Shown: one piece after another, positions 53,650 to 63,139 of the stretch | How the letters are laid out: the number at the start of each line of letters is the position of its first letter | How positions within the stretch are numbered: position 1 is the first letter of the stretch | Assembly: GCA_013388515.1 (NCBI GenBank) | Contig: JACAFC010000196.1 | Span: forward strand, 397-64,396 | Direction: 5' to 3' | From: Ignavibacteriaceae bacterium | GTDB lineage: Bacteria > Bacteroidota > Ignavibacteria > Ignavibacteriales > Ignavibacteriaceae | DNA: 64,000 nucleotides | Translations under genes and position numbers: made by a program | The notes under the pieces: generated by a model | The model's database searches: none | What the model saw: only the letters and a program-made list of their open reading frames with translations | What the model was told of the DNA's origin: nothing

Positions 53650-54549
53650 TTGTTAACATTAGGGTATCGGCTTATGCTGCAAAGACAATTAGGAAAAACA
53701 AATATTAATGTATCTGTTTTAGGTTTTGGAGCAGGTCATATTGGTGGAAACAATCTCACTGAATCGGAAGCATCCAACTTGCTAAATAGCATAGTTGATC
53801 TTGGGATTAATTTATTTGATACTGCGCGAGGGTATGGTTTATCGGAAGAAAGGATAGGGTATCATCTCTCTTATAGAAGAAATGAAATTGTGATCTCAAC
53901 AAAAGTCGGTTACGGTGTAGCTGGTGTTGCTGATTGGACATATGAATGCGTTGAACGTGGTATAAATGAAGCACTTATTAAACTTCGTACAGATTATATT
54001 GATATAGTACACTTACACTCTTGTCCTTTGGAAATACTGCAGAGCGGGGAAGTAATTAGCGCATTAATAAAAGCACGTGGAGAAGGTAAAATTAGAGCTG
54101 CTGCTTACTCGGGAGAGAATGAGGCTTTAGAATTTGCTCTAACAAAGGAAATTGATAGTCTGCAATGTTCAATTAACTTGTTTGATCAAAAAAATATTGG
54201 CAAAATTCTCCCCGCAGCAGTTAACCAAAAAATTGGGATAATCGCAAAACGCCCGCTTGCAAATGTTCCATGGCGATTTAAAGAACAACCTTTCGGAGAA
54301 TACTGTGAAGAATATTGGAAAAGAATGAAAAAAATGAATTTACAACTCGGTATAGATTGGCTTGAAGCAGCTATCAGATTTTCAGCTTTTACTGAAGGAG
54401 TAAATTCTATTATTATTGGAACAACGTCTATTGATCATTTGAAAATGAATCTGCAGTTGTTTGAAAAGGGAAAATTGCCGGATGAAATTTACTCTGTTAT
54501 AAGAAATGCTTTTGAGGAAAACACGATTAACTGGAATGGTCAAATCTAG
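53650..54549 (+). CDS. Aldo/keto reductase
   Basis: AKR motifs LGFGAGHIGG, LFDTARGYGLSEERIG, DIVHLHS. The ORF track starts at a TTG (53650); the ATG at 53674 (MLQRQLGKT...) is the more likely start. Confidence 0.9.
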   Translation: MLTLGYRLMLQRQLGKTNINVSVLGFGAGHIGGNNLTESEASNLLNSIVDLGINLFDTARGYGLSEERIGYHLSYRRNEIVISTKVGYGVAGVADWTYECVERGINEALIKLRTDYIDIVHLHSCPLEILQSGEVISALIKARGEGKIRAAAYSGENEALEFALTKEIDSLQCSINLFDQKNIGKILPAAVNQKIGIIAKRPLANVPWRFKEQPFGEYCEEYWKRMKKMNLQLGIDWLEAAIRFSAFTEGVNSIIIGTTSIDHLKMNLQLFEKGKLPDEIYSVIRNAFEENTINWNGQI

Positions 54550-54556
54550 TTCTAAT

Positions 54557-55972
54557 TTATTTCAAAAAAACCATTTTCTTCGAAAGAATTTTATCCGAGG
54601 TTTTTAGAGTATAGATGTAAATACCGCTTGGCAATAGCTCAGCATTCAACGAAATTGTAATTTCATGGTTACCTTTTTGTTTATATCCTTTGTCTATTTC
54701 CTGAACTAGCTCACCAAAACTGTTATATAAAACTATGGATACAAAATCATCTTTTGGTAAGCTGTAAGTAATTGTGGTTCTTTCAATAACCGGATTGGGA
54801 TAATTTTGATTTAGCTCAGCTTGTTCAGGGTTCAATGCAGATATCTTTGATATACTTTTATTTAAATCTTTAATAAAGTCTGTAAGCATCTCTATTAACC
54901 CGGGAGAATTAAATTCATTAAACCCATATCCATCCATATTTAAAATATCTTTATGAACATAGTGCCATACGATAGCAGACTGACATTTCGTTTTTTTTAT
55001 TTCTTGCAGCCACTCCTTATATACTTCAACCTTATTATTTTTAACACCAAATTCACCCAGCAGCATCGGTTTACTTAAATTCTCACTTATATTACTGTGA
55101 TCTCTTATCCAAGTAATACCAGATTTATAATTCATATTCCATGATTCTGGATATGAATGAATTGAGGTATAGCTTATTTGAGGCAGCATTGAATTAACTT
55201 TAAAACTAGTTCCTTTTGAACCGTTAAATAGAAAATTTGCATTGTTATAAAACGATTTAATGTCAGAATATTCTACATTATCAATATCATACCCAATTTC
55301 TCCGGTGGCAAGCATATGGTTAGAATCAATTGATCGAAAATAATTTGAGACTTTATCGTACCATAAGTAAATGTTGTCAAAAGAAAAACCAGGATTTGAG
55401 GCTTCATTAATTAACTCGAACGAAAATATTGCGGGGTCATCTTTGTATGCAACTCCAGTAAAAGTATTTTTTCTGTTCAGCAAAGTGTATAAATGTAAAT
55501 AATACCAAGTAATAATAGATTCGTTTGTAAAAAAATGATTATGCTCAAATTTTTGATTAGCGGAAGCCAGATATTTATTAGCCCATGCAACATACTGATT
55601 AATCCCGCCATAGTCTGGTTCGTTATTCGCTAGGCACAGAATTACAAGAAGATCATATTCTTTCGCCTTAGCAACAACATAATCCAAGCTAATTAATCCC
55701 TCCTCTCTATATTCATCTGGTTTTGAGGAAATAACAGAAGGATTTATTATTTCCGAATTATTAAAAGCCCAAGTGCGGATTACTTTTATGCCAATATTTT
55801 GTGCAAATGCAAAAACCTCATCTATAATATATCTTCTATCGGGGCTGGCAGCCTCATGTTGCAGATAGTAAGCATTGATTCCCAGAAAACTAAACTGACT
55901 CCCGTTTTTAATAAACTTAGACTCGCGTGCAGTTATGAAAGGGTTTTGAGGAATAATTTTTATTAATGGCAT
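54557..55972 (-). CDS. Glycoside hydrolase family 5 (mannanase/cellulase-like) with T9SS C-terminal sorting domain
   Basis: 471 aa. (beta/alpha)8 GH5 features (IRTWAFNN; FELINEAS acid/base Glu; LGEFG nucleophile region). The last ~85 aa (NQNYPNPVIERTTITYSLPKDDFVSIVLYNSFGELV...SGIYIYTLKTSDKILSKKMVFLK) match the Por secretion tail (TIGR04183-type). Confidence 0.85.
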   Translation of the reverse strand: MPLIKIIPQNPFITARESKFIKNGSQFSFLGINAYYLQHEAASPDRRYIIDEVFAFAQNIGIKVIRTWAFNNSEIINPSVISSKPDEYREEGLISLDYVVAKAKEYDLLVILCLANNEPDYGGINQYVAWANKYLASANQKFEHNHFFTNESIITWYYLHLYTLLNRKNTFTGVAYKDDPAIFSFELINEASNPGFSFDNIYLWYDKVSNYFRSIDSNHMLATGEIGYDIDNVEYSDIKSFYNNANFLFNGSKGTSFKVNSMLPQISYTSIHSYPESWNMNYKSGITWIRDHSNISENLSKPMLLGEFGVKNNKVEVYKEWLQEIKKTKCQSAIVWHYVHKDILNMDGYGFNEFNSPGLIEMLTDFIKDLNKSISKISALNPEQAELNQNYPNPVIERTTITYSLPKDDFVSIVLYNSFGELVQEIDKGYKQKGNHEITISLNAELLPSGIYIYTLKTSDKILSKKMVFLK

Positions 55973-56036
55973 ATTAGTTTTGAATAAACGACACAGGCTT
56001 AAGCTAATTCAATTTAATTTGTAAGATACTCTTAAG

Positions 56037-58001
56037 CTATTTACTGCTTAAATATTCAAATGCATCATCAACCGATTGATGAGTACCAGTTATAACAATA
56101 GTATCATGTAAACACAGACTTTCATCTCCTGACGGATTTGTAATTGTTTTTCCAGCACGCACAATTGCAATTATTGTTGCATCAGTTTTTGCTCGTAAAT
56201 TAACTTCGCTTAGAGTTTTACCGGCAAACTTATTATCATCATCTATAAAGAATGTTTCTGTTAATCCCGCGGCTAATATTTCGTTCAGGTTAATCAACGG
56301 ATGTTCCGAACTTTCTTCTTTAACCATCATACTGTAAGATTCGCTGCGTAATATTGAAACTTGCTTCATTATAACGTTTAATGGTATATGGAATCTTCTT
56401 AGAACCTTACTAAAAATTTGCAACGAAGTTTCAAATTCCTCGGGAATAACTTCATCAGCACCAAGTGAAATTAAATCTCTAATTTCATTAGTGTAGCGTG
56501 TTCTCACAATTGAATAAACATTAGGGTTAAGCTGCTTAGCGAGCATCAAACTTCTTCTAGTTGTTTCCGGATCGGATATTGCAAAAACAATAATATTAGC
56601 AGTGTTAATATTAGCTTGAATTAATATCTCGGTTTTGCTGCAGTCACCATAAATAATTCTTTCTCCTTTTGCTAATTCTTTTTTTACAGTATCTGGGTTT
56701 AGCTCAACAATAACATATTTTATTCCTGTTTCAGTAAGTACTCTTGAAAGATTACGACCATTCAGTCCAAAGCCGACAATAATTACATGATCGATTAGTT
56801 CTCCTAACCTAAAATTATTTTTTGAAGGATGGGTTCCAAGATTACCTACGGTATATGAGATGAGAGGATTTAACTTAAGTAGAAAAGGAGTTAATATCAT
56901 AGTAAATATAGACGAAGCTAAAAATGAGTCGTAATAGTCGCCTCCTATAAGATTTAATTTCAATCCGGCTTGCATTAATACAAATGAAAATTCACCTATT
57001 TGAGATAATGATAAGCCGGCTGCTAATGCGACCCTAAGTGGGTAACCGGAAACCTTTATAACTAATAGTACTATTAATGCTTTTAGAAAAATTACTGATA
57101 AGGTGAGTCCTGAAATCAAGATAGGATGATTAAAAACAAATTGGGTATTAAGAAGTAATCCTACCGAAACAAAGAACACACTATTAAAAGCATCTTTTAA
57201 TGGAATAATTTCTGATTCAACCTGATGACTGAATTCCGATTCGGCTAAAATTAAACCAGAAATAAAAGCACCCAATGCAAAAGATAAACCGAACGAATGT
57301 GTTAAGTATGCAGTTCCAAGAATTAATAATATAACCCCAATAGTAAAGACTTCCCTTAACCTTAAATTTGCAATGTGAAATAATAACTTTGGGATAATAA
57401 ATCGCGCAATAACTAAAAGAAATAATATTACTGCAACTGCTGCAATAATCTTTAAAGAGATTGTTATCGTTGAAAAATCTGAACCGATTCCTAAAATTGG
57501 AAGTACAATAAAAATCGGAATAATTGCTAAATCTTGGAATATCAAAATTGCGAGAGCAATCCTGCCATGCGGAGCGTCTAATTCATTTTTATCGGATAGT
57601 AGTTTTAAAACAATAGCTGTACTTGATAAGCTTACTAATAAACCTAAATAAATTGATTTATTTATGGGAATATTGAGTAAATAAAAAATAAATGCGGATA
57701 CTAATGTGGTGATGAAAACTTGAAGCCCGCCTGTAATTAATAAAAGGCGTTTCATTTTCAACAATCGTTTAAGTGATACTTCCAAACCGATTGTGAACAG
57801 AAGGAGAATTACTCCTACTTCTGCCATTACTGAAATATTATCAACATCCGAAATAAGTTTGAAACCATAAGGACCAATAATCATTCCGGTTACAAGAAAT
57901 CCTGCAATACTTGGTATTTGAATTTTATTGAAAAGAAAAATTATTGGAATAGAAATTAGGAGAATAATTACAATGTCTTTTATGATAAGAAAATCATGCA
58001 T
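56037..58001 (-). CDS. CPA2-family monovalent cation:proton antiporter (Kef-type) with TrkA-N and TrkA-C domains
   Basis: 654 aa. ~12 TM Na_H_Exchanger domain, then a Rossmann fold (VIIVGFGLNGRNL) and a C-terminal RCK_C-like domain. Confidence 0.9.
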   Translation of the reverse strand: MHDFLIIKDIVIILLISIPIIFLFNKIQIPSIAGFLVTGMIIGPYGFKLISDVDNISVMAEVGVILLLFTIGLEVSLKRLLKMKRLLLITGGLQVFITTLVSAFIFYLLNIPINKSIYLGLLVSLSSTAIVLKLLSDKNELDAPHGRIALAILIFQDLAIIPIFIVLPILGIGSDFSTITISLKIIAAVAVILFLLVIARFIIPKLLFHIANLRLREVFTIGVILLILGTAYLTHSFGLSFALGAFISGLILAESEFSHQVESEIIPLKDAFNSVFFVSVGLLLNTQFVFNHPILISGLTLSVIFLKALIVLLVIKVSGYPLRVALAAGLSLSQIGEFSFVLMQAGLKLNLIGGDYYDSFLASSIFTMILTPFLLKLNPLISYTVGNLGTHPSKNNFRLGELIDHVIIVGFGLNGRNLSRVLTETGIKYVIVELNPDTVKKELAKGERIIYGDCSKTEILIQANINTANIIVFAISDPETTRRSLMLAKQLNPNVYSIVRTRYTNEIRDLISLGADEVIPEEFETSLQIFSKVLRRFHIPLNVIMKQVSILRSESYSMMVKEESSEHPLINLNEILAAGLTETFFIDDDNKFAGKTLSEVNLRAKTDATIIAIVRAGKTITNPSGDESLCLHDTIVITGTHQSVDDAFEYLSSK

Positions 58002-58037
58002 TATTTAGAACTAACTTAAAATATGATTAGCTAAGTA

Positions 58038-58065
58038 TAAAAATGGTCAAGTTAAATACTTGACC
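58038..58065 (-). terminator. Intrinsic terminator downstream of gdh
   Basis: Minus-strand GGUCAAGU-AUUUA-ACUUGACC followed by AUUUUUAU. Confidence 0.75.
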
Positions 58066-58102
58066 GTAAAATATTGTAATATTGGAGAAGAGCAAAAGTT
58101 TT

Positions 58103-59350
58103 TTACACCCAGCCGCGCAGCTTGCATGCTTCGGCAACCCTAGCAACACCAACTACCATTGCTCCTAATCGAGGGTGTACCTTTTTGTCTCTTACAGCTT
58201 CATCTACACGATGATATGCTCTGGTAAGTTTTTCATCAACAATTTTGTGTATAGTGCTTTCATCCCAGAAAAACGAATATCTATCTTGAACCATTTCAAG
58301 GTAGGATACAGTAACACCGCCCGCACTTGCTAAAATATCCGGAATTACATGAATGCCTCGTTTGCTTAAAATAATGTCAGCTTCTGGTGTGGTAGGACCA
58401 TTTGCTAATTCACAAACTATTTTCGCTTTAATATTTTCTGCGTTTCCTTCATGTATTGCATTTTCGAGAGCTGCAGGATAAAGTATATCCGCATTCAATT
58501 CTAGTAATGCTTCATGCGGAATTTTTTGTGCACCAGGAAAATTTGCAATAGTGCCATTTTTTAATTTGTGCTGAACTAGCTCAACAGTATCAAAACCATT
58601 TGGGTTAAAAATCGCACCGCGCGAATCGCTTACGGCAATTAACTTACCTCCGCCTAAAATTTCTTGGTGAAGTAAGGCGGCTCTTTGTCCGGCATTACCA
58701 AATCCTTGAATAGCAAATTTACCTGTTGGATCAATACCAAGTTTTTTGCAAGCTTCTCTAACGGTAATTACACCTCCTCTTCCAGTTGCATCTCTTCTGC
58801 CCTCAGTACCTCCTATTTGAGTTGGTTTGTCTGTAAAAGCACCGGGATGATGCTGATTGAGGATAGTTTCGTATTCATCCATCATCCAAGCCATTGTTTG
58901 AGGATTTGTATAAACATCTGGTGCAGGTACATCTTTATCTACACCAATTGAGTAAGCTATTGCACGAACATATTCTCTTGATAAATTTTCCAGTTCACGT
59001 TCGGACATTTTTTTAGGGTCGCAGCATACCCCGCCTTTAGCTCCGCCAAGCGGCAAATCTACAACGGCGGTTTTCCAAGTCATCCAGCAAGCTAATGCTC
59101 TAATAGTATCCACAGTTTCATCAGGATGAAATCTAACACCACCTTTAGCTGGTCCGCGTGCATAGTTATACTGAATTCTATAACCCTGAAATATCTCAGT
59201 TTTACCTGAATCCATTTTTACATGTAAAGTGAAATTAAATTCCTTTTGAGGTGAACTTAATAACTTTATTGTTGCTTCATCTAAATTCAAAAGCTTTGAA
59301 GCGTCAATAATTTGTTGCTGTGCAACCTTGAATGAATTGTACGATTGCAT
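58103..59350 (-). CDS. gdhA: Glutamate dehydrogenase (Glu/Leu/Phe/Val dehydrogenase family)
   Basis: 415 aa. Catalytic-Lys motif LPLGGAKGGVCCDP and NAD(P) Rossmann motif AIQGFGNAG. Confidence 0.93.
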   Translation of the reverse strand: MQSYNSFKVAQQQIIDASKLLNLDEATIKLLSSPQKEFNFTLHVKMDSGKTEIFQGYRIQYNYARGPAKGGVRFHPDETVDTIRALACWMTWKTAVVDLPLGGAKGGVCCDPKKMSERELENLSREYVRAIAYSIGVDKDVPAPDVYTNPQTMAWMMDEYETILNQHHPGAFTDKPTQIGGTEGRRDATGRGGVITVREACKKLGIDPTGKFAIQGFGNAGQRAALLHQEILGGGKLIAVSDSRGAIFNPNGFDTVELVQHKLKNGTIANFPGAQKIPHEALLELNADILYPAALENAIHEGNAENIKAKIVCELANGPTTPEADIILSKRGIHVIPDILASAGGVTVSYLEMVQDRYSFFWDESTIHKIVDEKLTRAYHRVDEAVRDKKVHPRLGAMVVGVARVAEACKLRGWV

Positions 59351-59352
59351 CT

Positions 59353-59556
59353 TTAATCCTCAAACTTTGATTTATCTTCTTTAGGTTTTACTTCGGGATC
59401 AATTTTTGCCGGCGGGTCTAATATTATTCTGTACCAACAGTTTTTACATGTTAGAGCTCTGTCTACACTTAATAAAACTTGCTGCCAAGGGCTTAGTTTG
59501 TGGCCGCAATGTGGGCATGAATCAAAAACTGCTGATTGCTTTTGTTCTTGAGCCAT
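59353..59556 (-). CDS. Small Zn-ribbon protein (67 aa)
   Basis: CPHC...17 aa...CKNC four-Cys arrangement with a Lys/Glu-rich tail. Stop lies 2 nt from the gdh start. Confidence 0.45.
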   Translation of the reverse strand: MAQEQKQSAVFDSCPHCGHKLSPWQQVLLSVDRALTCKNCWYRIILDPPAKIDPEVKPKEDKSKFED

Positions 59557-59627
59557 TTTAATTATAATAAAATTGTTTACAATAATTTAACGAAATAATA
59601 TCTCACATTCATTTTTGCTAATTTATT

Positions 59628-62600
59628 TTAAGCTTCTCCAGGTTTAAATATTACACCTTTAGTTTGATGGCCGTTCATTTTTATTTGAATAGGTTTATCG
59701 AACCTTAATAGTTTTGTATAAATTTTAGATTCAATTGGTTGTTGATTTAGAAGCCACTCCCAATCTAAAAATCCTTGCTGCTTATGCTCATTTACAGAAA
59801 AATAACCCACCATAAAGGATGTAATATTTTGAAAGAAATGAGATCCTTGCGAAGGTTCTACCGACATTTCTTTGAAGCCAGTTTCAATAATTGCTTTTGC
59901 GCCTGAGATTTGTTCCCAATTAACAGGAATTCCTAACCAAGGGTCTAATGATCCCCAGCGGCCGACACCAACTAATAAGTAAGGCCTATTATCATTTACA
60001 AGTAAGCTGTTGAATACACTAACTTCTTTGGCAACGTCTCTGCTTTTAGATCGATCAAAGAGATGATAATCCACAATAACAACATCATAAATGCCTGAGA
60101 TAATTCCATTACCAAGCACTTGATTACTATGACATAGTAATTTATTTCTATCTATATTTTCTACATTCAGTTCTTCTGATTCACGGCTTACAACCAGCGG
60201 GCGCATCTGAAGTAAGCCAAAATCTTTTGATATACCTTGTTGAACTGACATTGTTACAGCAAATTCAATTTCTACAGGGGTTCCCATTCCCCAAGTTCCC
60301 ATATCTAAAAGTAAATCAACTATTTCTGCTAATGGAAATAGTTTGCCTCGCAGCACTGGACCAAATGTTACAACCCTTGCTCCTGGTCTTGATAATCCAT
60401 CAGTAATTCTGTCGTTGTCCGCAGAATAAACTGAGCCAACGTAATGCAGTGTTCCATCCTTTTCAGCAACATCCAACCCATAAGCTTTTTGAAGCATATC
60501 ATGGGTTACATATCCAAAATCAGATGTGCCAGTAAGATCCAATGCAAAAAAATCATGTTGTGAATTATTCAAAGCTTCTTTAGCTGAATAAAAGTGGATT
60601 AGATCAGTTGGGTATTTTGGGCAAAATCTTACAGTGTTACCTCCATCAACTACAGTTTTTCCTAAACCCAAAGCGGCCGATACAACTCCATCAACAGGTT
60701 TTTGCGGCGGCAGAGGATAAAAATTATATGATCGTGCAACACCTGATATATCCGGGTAAAATCTTCCGTCGTGAGTATTTCCAATCATTTTTTGAATTAT
60801 AACTGCCATCTTCTCTTCCTCCAAGCGGTAGGAGGTAATTTTAATGTAATCTTTAGCACCTTGATAAAATGTAGATGCATAAACCCTTTTTATAGTATTG
60901 AGCAGATCATTTAATCTTATTAAAGGATTTGCCTGATTATTTGGCAGCATATAAGTTTCATAAACCCCGGCAAAAGGATGGTACTGTGAGTCTTCCAGTA
61001 AACTTGAAGACCTAACAGCAAGCGGTTCGTGAATTAATTCTAAAAAAGCGGCAAGTTCACCAAGAATATCACCAGGAAATTTTTCAGCTTCTAAAAATTT
61101 CTTAGTTATTTCTTCATCGTTATTACAATTAAGTGCAAATTTTCTAAGGTTGTTTTCATCAATAAACTGATCGAAGATATCTGTACCAAGTACTACAGCC
61201 GGTGGAACAAATACCTTAACTCCTGGGAATTGATTACGAACGTTATAATTATTTATGAGAGTATTTACAAAACCTAATCCACGTGCCTTTCCACCGAGTG
61301 AACCCCCGCCAATACGTGCAAAACTGCTTTTTGGATCAAAAGTTTCTTTGGAAAAATCTGTAATAATTCCTCTCTGTCTCATATGCCGATAATTGCGGAG
61401 AGAGAAAATCAAATCTTTTCTTAAATCTTCCACTGATGCATAATCAGAAACCTTTCTTGGTCTTAATCGCTGTGCAAGCCAAAATTCAGTACGCGCTTTA
61501 AGCCAATTTGAAAAGTGATTCCGCGATGCATGATAAACTATACTTTCTTCAGGAACGATTTTTAATTGTTCTTCCAAACTTCGTAAATCATTTGCACGAC
61601 CTACTTCTAGTCCGTTGCTTGTTCTAAAAATAAAATCCCCAAAACTAAAATATTGATTCATGAACTGACGAAGTTCAAGAAGCAAGGAAGGTGAATCTTT
61701 TAGGATAAATGAAGCATTTACATGCTGAGCAAGTTCTTCGTTGTTTGCATTGTTAGATAACAAAAGCACCGGCACATCGGAGTGTTCATTCTTAACTTCT
61801 TCCGCAAAGCCAATGCCTGCTTGGGGGTCTTGAACACCGTTGCGTGGAAAATCTATATCAGAAATTACTCCGAGTAAAAACTCTTTATACTTTTCATAGT
61901 AGTACCAAGCTTCTTCAAAAGTTGAGCAAAGAAGTATTTTAGGGCGGGCTCGCATTCTTAAAAACTTGTGGGTAAGATTTATTCCTTCGGAAATTAATCT
62001 TTGGGATTGCTTCAATATCTCGGTGTAAATTATTGGGAGGAAGGAAGAATAATATCGAACATTATCTTCAATTACGATTATGCTTTGAACTCCAACCATT
62101 CTTGTGTCATGGTCAACATTCAACCGATCTTCTAAAAATTTTATAATTGCTATGATGATTCTGAAATCACCTTGCCAAACAAAAATTTTATCGAAGACGG
62201 AAGTATCATAATTAAGCACTAAACTGTTTAGCTCTTTATTATCGTGTGCTAATAGAACAACTGGAATGTTTAACCCAGATTCCTTTACAAGCTTTGCAAA
62301 TTGAAGAGCATGCATGTCTTCAATGTGAAGAGTAGTAATTATTAAATCAAATCTTTTTTCATCTTTAGCAAGATTGATAGCATCGGCTCCGCTTGAAACA
62401 CGGGTTAATTCAGGAGAGTGACTAAGGTTTAATTCCTGGTATTCATTTCTAATTAGCTCATACAATCTTCCGTCTTCTTCAAACAGATAAAGATCGTAAA
62501 GACTAGAAACAAGAAGAACATCGCGAATGCGGAGCCGCATTAGGTTTTGAAAACCTTGAAATCGGTTTCCGTAGCCATGTTCTACTAGCAGATCATCAAA

Positions 62601-62648
62601 GCTGGATCTTATTTCTTCAAAGCGGGTGGTTGTTGTTTCGTTTTTCAT
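59628..62648 (-). CDS. Pseudo-receiver + receiver + PEP/pyruvate-binding (PPDK_N ATP-grasp) domain protein
   Basis: 1006 aa. Residues ~40-165 are REC-like but lack the acidic pocket (VLLVSS..., DLIITT with Thr at the phospho-Asp position). Residues ~188-320 form a receiver with the acidic residues (IIVIEDN, LLGVISD264, LLLS, ILKD). IGGGSLGGKARGLGF and downstream resemble PPDK_N. No canonical GGxTSHAA swivel-His motif seen. Confidence 0.75.
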   Translation of the reverse strand: MKNETTTTRFEEIRSSFDDLLVEHGYGNRFQGFQNLMRLRIRDVLLVSSLYDLYLFEEDGRLYELIRNEYQELNLSHSPELTRVSSGADAINLAKDEKRFDLIITTLHIEDMHALQFAKLVKESGLNIPVVLLAHDNKELNSLVLNYDTSVFDKIFVWQGDFRIIIAIIKFLEDRLNVDHDTRMVGVQSIIVIEDNVRYYSSFLPIIYTEILKQSQRLISEGINLTHKFLRMRARPKILLCSTFEEAWYYYEKYKEFLLGVISDIDFPRNGVQDPQAGIGFAEEVKNEHSDVPVLLLSNNANNEELAQHVNASFILKDSPSLLLELRQFMNQYFSFGDFIFRTSNGLEVGRANDLRSLEEQLKIVPEESIVYHASRNHFSNWLKARTEFWLAQRLRPRKVSDYASVEDLRKDLIFSLRNYRHMRQRGIITDFSKETFDPKSSFARIGGGSLGGKARGLGFVNTLINNYNVRNQFPGVKVFVPPAVVLGTDIFDQFIDENNLRKFALNCNNDEEITKKFLEAEKFPGDILGELAAFLELIHEPLAVRSSSLLEDSQYHPFAGVYETYMLPNNQANPLIRLNDLLNTIKRVYASTFYQGAKDYIKITSYRLEEEKMAVIIQKMIGNTHDGRFYPDISGVARSYNFYPLPPQKPVDGVVSAALGLGKTVVDGGNTVRFCPKYPTDLIHFYSAKEALNNSQHDFFALDLTGTSDFGYVTHDMLQKAYGLDVAEKDGTLHYVGSVYSADNDRITDGLSRPGARVVTFGPVLRGKLFPLAEIVDLLLDMGTWGMGTPVEIEFAVTMSVQQGISKDFGLLQMRPLVVSRESEELNVENIDRNKLLCHSNQVLGNGIISGIYDVVIVDYHLFDRSKSRDVAKEVSVFNSLLVNDNRPYLLVGVGRWGSLDPWLGIPVNWEQISGAKAIIETGFKEMSVEPSQGSHFFQNITSFMVGYFSVNEHKQQGFLDWEWLLNQQPIESKIYTKLLRFDKPIQIKMNGHQTKGVIFKPGEA

Positions 62649-63139
62649 GCAGGTAAATTGAATTATTGCTATACCAATTTAATCATTTTAGCTTTTGAAA
62701 ATTAGGAAAATATCCAGATAGCTATTTTTAGGTTTGGCAAAAACATTTTAGAATTAATAATTTCATAATTAAAGTATGCTAATAAATAATTTGGCTTTTC
62801 ATTTTTTTCTATTTTGTCGTAAAAAATAAACTATTTTCAGGGCGAGATGGTCAGGGATCAAGGGAGCTTTCAGTTTTTAATTACTAAAAACATTATATCA
62901 CAATTATTACTAGTATCTGCAGGGGGAACAATCCTGCCACTTTTATCTGGAATATTTACTTTAGCAAAAGCTAAATTACCATGTGAAAAATTTTACAATA
63001 TATTTACCTCTAGCTTCTCGCTTCTTGCGTTTAACGTTTCATCTCCCCGCGACTACTCCTCCGGTTTTACATAACACAACTAAACTTACATTGACTTAAT
63101 TGACAACAAGGAACCATTAACATGAAACCGAAATAAATT

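Noticed and set aside
62850-62960. G-rich tract (CAGGGCGAGATGGTCAGGGATCAAGGGAGC ... GCAGGGGGAACAATCCTGCCACTTTTATCTGG) that superficially recalls SRP-RNA (GGUCAGG...AAGG..AGC), cobalamin-riboswitch (GGGAA..AAUCC..GCCACU) or G-quadruplex elements
   Set aside because: I could not build the required helices: there is no complementary C-rich strand, no GNAR tetraloop context, no B12-box pairing partners and no closing stem. The GGG-run spacing is non-canonical for a quadruplex, and the downstream gene has no link to B12. It should be scanned with covariance models (Rfam/Infernal) before being dismissed completely.
62847-63074. 75-aa plus-strand ORF in the 490-nt spacer before the last gene
   Set aside because: No SD, no recognisable motif, and a hydrophobic low-complexity translation. 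More likely non-coding promoter or leader DNA. Cannot be excluded without expression data.
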